Of a stretch of DNA of 6,515 nt, positions 5,700 to 6,515 are shown one piece after another. The notes below the pieces were generated by a model. It searched no databases. It saw only the letters and a program-made list of their open reading frames with translations, and had not been told where the DNA came from. How positions within the stretch are numbered: the first letter of the stretch is position 1; each line of letters begins with the position of its first letter. Origin of the DNA: a virus. Its lineage: Duplodnaviria; Heunggongvirae; Uroviricota; Caudoviricetes. The stretch lies in the IMG/VR virus record IMGVR_UViG_2698536571_000010, one strand, 5' to 3'. The position numbers and the translations under genes were made by a program.

Positions 5700-6044
5700 T
5701 CATCGTAAAATATCCTCCACGCTTATCAGTCCGTTCCGCTCCAGATAACTCATCGCCTTATCCGGTAATTTGCAGTCTGGCTTCGCTTTCCTCAGTTGCC
5801 AGGTTAACTGCTTTACCAGCATGGTTAACTCATCGACCAGACGCTGATATCCCACTGGTTTGTATTCATGCAATTTACCGGCTGGCTCTGCTGCCAGCGA
5901 TACCAGTGCGATTTCCAGAACAGCAATATCCATCTTATATGTGCGGATGATGTCATGGTCGATTGTGCCCGGTATGCACAGTCTCTGTGCTTCAATAGTC
6001 TCCTCTGCGTGAGCTATTAACTGCTCTCTGGTAAAAGTCGTCAT
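5700..6044 (-). CDS. Hypothetical protein, 114 aa (third gene of the small-ORF cassette; paralogue of the 55-aa protein)
   Basis: Its ATG at 6044-6042 overlaps the upstream stop (ATGA), with AAGGGG 7 nt upstream. The N-terminus MTTFTREQ... and the motif [10 protein letters not shown] align with MTTITKER... and [10 protein letters not shown] in the 55-aa product. No family recognised. Confidence 0.6.
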   Translation of the reverse strand: MTTFTREQLIAHAEETIEAQRLCIPGTIDHDIIRTYKMDIAVLEIALVSLAAEPAGKLHEYKPVGYQRLVDELTMLVKQLTWQLRKAKPDCKLPDKAMSYLERNGLISVEDILR

Positions 6045-6208
6045 GCCGTAGCCCCTTCTTGATATTTTTCAAACCAGAACACAACCGGCTCTGCTTCCAG
6101 CGATGCCAGCGCAATCCGTGCCAGTTCCATTTGTTCACCACGGGTAAGCCCGTTTTCAAGCGGGTTTTTAATGAACAATTCAATACGTTCTTTGGTAATA
6201 GTGGTCAT
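6041..6208 (-). CDS. Hypothetical protein, 55 aa (second gene of the cassette; absent from the supplied ORF track)
   Basis: Hand translation from the ATG at 6208: [55 protein letters not shown]. The SD TAAGGAG overlaps the upstream stop at a 6-nt spacing; its own stop overlaps the next ATG. Confidence 0.55.
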   Translation of the reverse strand: MTTITKERIELFIKNPLENGLTRGEQMELARIALASLEAEPVVFWFEKYQEGATA

Positions 6209-6218
6209 GTGTTACTCC

Positions 6219-6449
6219 TTAACCCGCAGTGCTTTCAACTGATGAGGGGAACAAAATCTTTTCATCAAACCCTGCATTCATATCATGAACAGCAACACAC
6301 CAATCCATCGACGAACGATTATCAAGAGCCTCCATGATTTCATCCATGCGGCGTAGGTCATACAGGTAAATGCTTTTATCGCCAATGGTGTAAAAGCCAA
6401 TTTTTTTCGGTGATGGATGAGGTGTACTGGCAATAGCGGACACTACCAT
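6219..6449 (-). CDS. Hypothetical protein, at least 76 aa (first gene of the cassette; start may lie beyond the window edge)
   Basis: ORF MVVSAIASTPHPSPKK...SSVESTAG. The ATG at 6449 lies inside the right inverted-repeat arm and has no SD. The frame stays open for 22 further sense codons to position 6515, so the true start may be outside the window. Confidence 0.5.
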   Translation of the reverse strand: MVVSAIASTPHPSPKKIGFYTIGDKSIYLYDLRRMDEIMEALDNRSSMDWCVAVHDMNAGFDEKILFPSSVESTAG

Positions 6450-6515
6450 TTGTTCTTTTTTTAAGCAGCCATCTGATGATATTTTTCCCTGAAGGCTGCC
6501 GGGGAGATATTCCCC

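Noticed and set aside
5992-6337. ORFs 5992..6183 (-) and 6059..6337 (+)
   Set aside because: They overlap the three coupled cassette genes in other frames; the minus one would need a TTG start with no SD.
5409-6515. relB/relE antitoxin-toxin genes upstream of hokD, as in K-12 relBEF
   Set aside because: None of the three upstream ORFs resembles RelB or RelE as I recall them.
1-6515. Inverted repeats as transposon or IS terminal repeats; CRISPR array
   Set aside because: No transposase or recombinase gene lies between the repeats and 98 bp is atypically long for IS ends. No spaced short direct repeats suggest CRISPR.

Overview
This 6.5-kb window looks like the late-regulatory (nin-type) region of a lambdoid prophage from an E. 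coli-like enterobacterium, with every supported gene on the minus strand. It is bounded by a perfect 98-bp inverted repeat at both ends and interrupted by a 207-nt N-run (3564-3770). Reading the minus strand right to left: three tightly coupled small ORFs (76, 55 and 114 aa; the last two are paralogues), a complete hok-family type I toxin locus (HokD-like), a small ORF, a DUF968/YdfU-like protein (3' end lost in the gap), RusA (5' end lost in the gap), a Q-type antiterminator, a pR'-like promoter and tR'-like terminator, a 65-aa HTH protein, an orphan DPPY-motif DNA methyltransferase, and a tRNA-Ile(CAU)/tRNA-Arg(UCG)/tRNA-Arg(UCU) cluster followed by terminators. The best candidate for something undescribed is the three-gene cassette sitting where relBE sits beside hokD in Qin-type prophages; the inverted-repeat architecture is the other open question. 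All calls are from reading the sequence and recalled family signatures; no searches were run.
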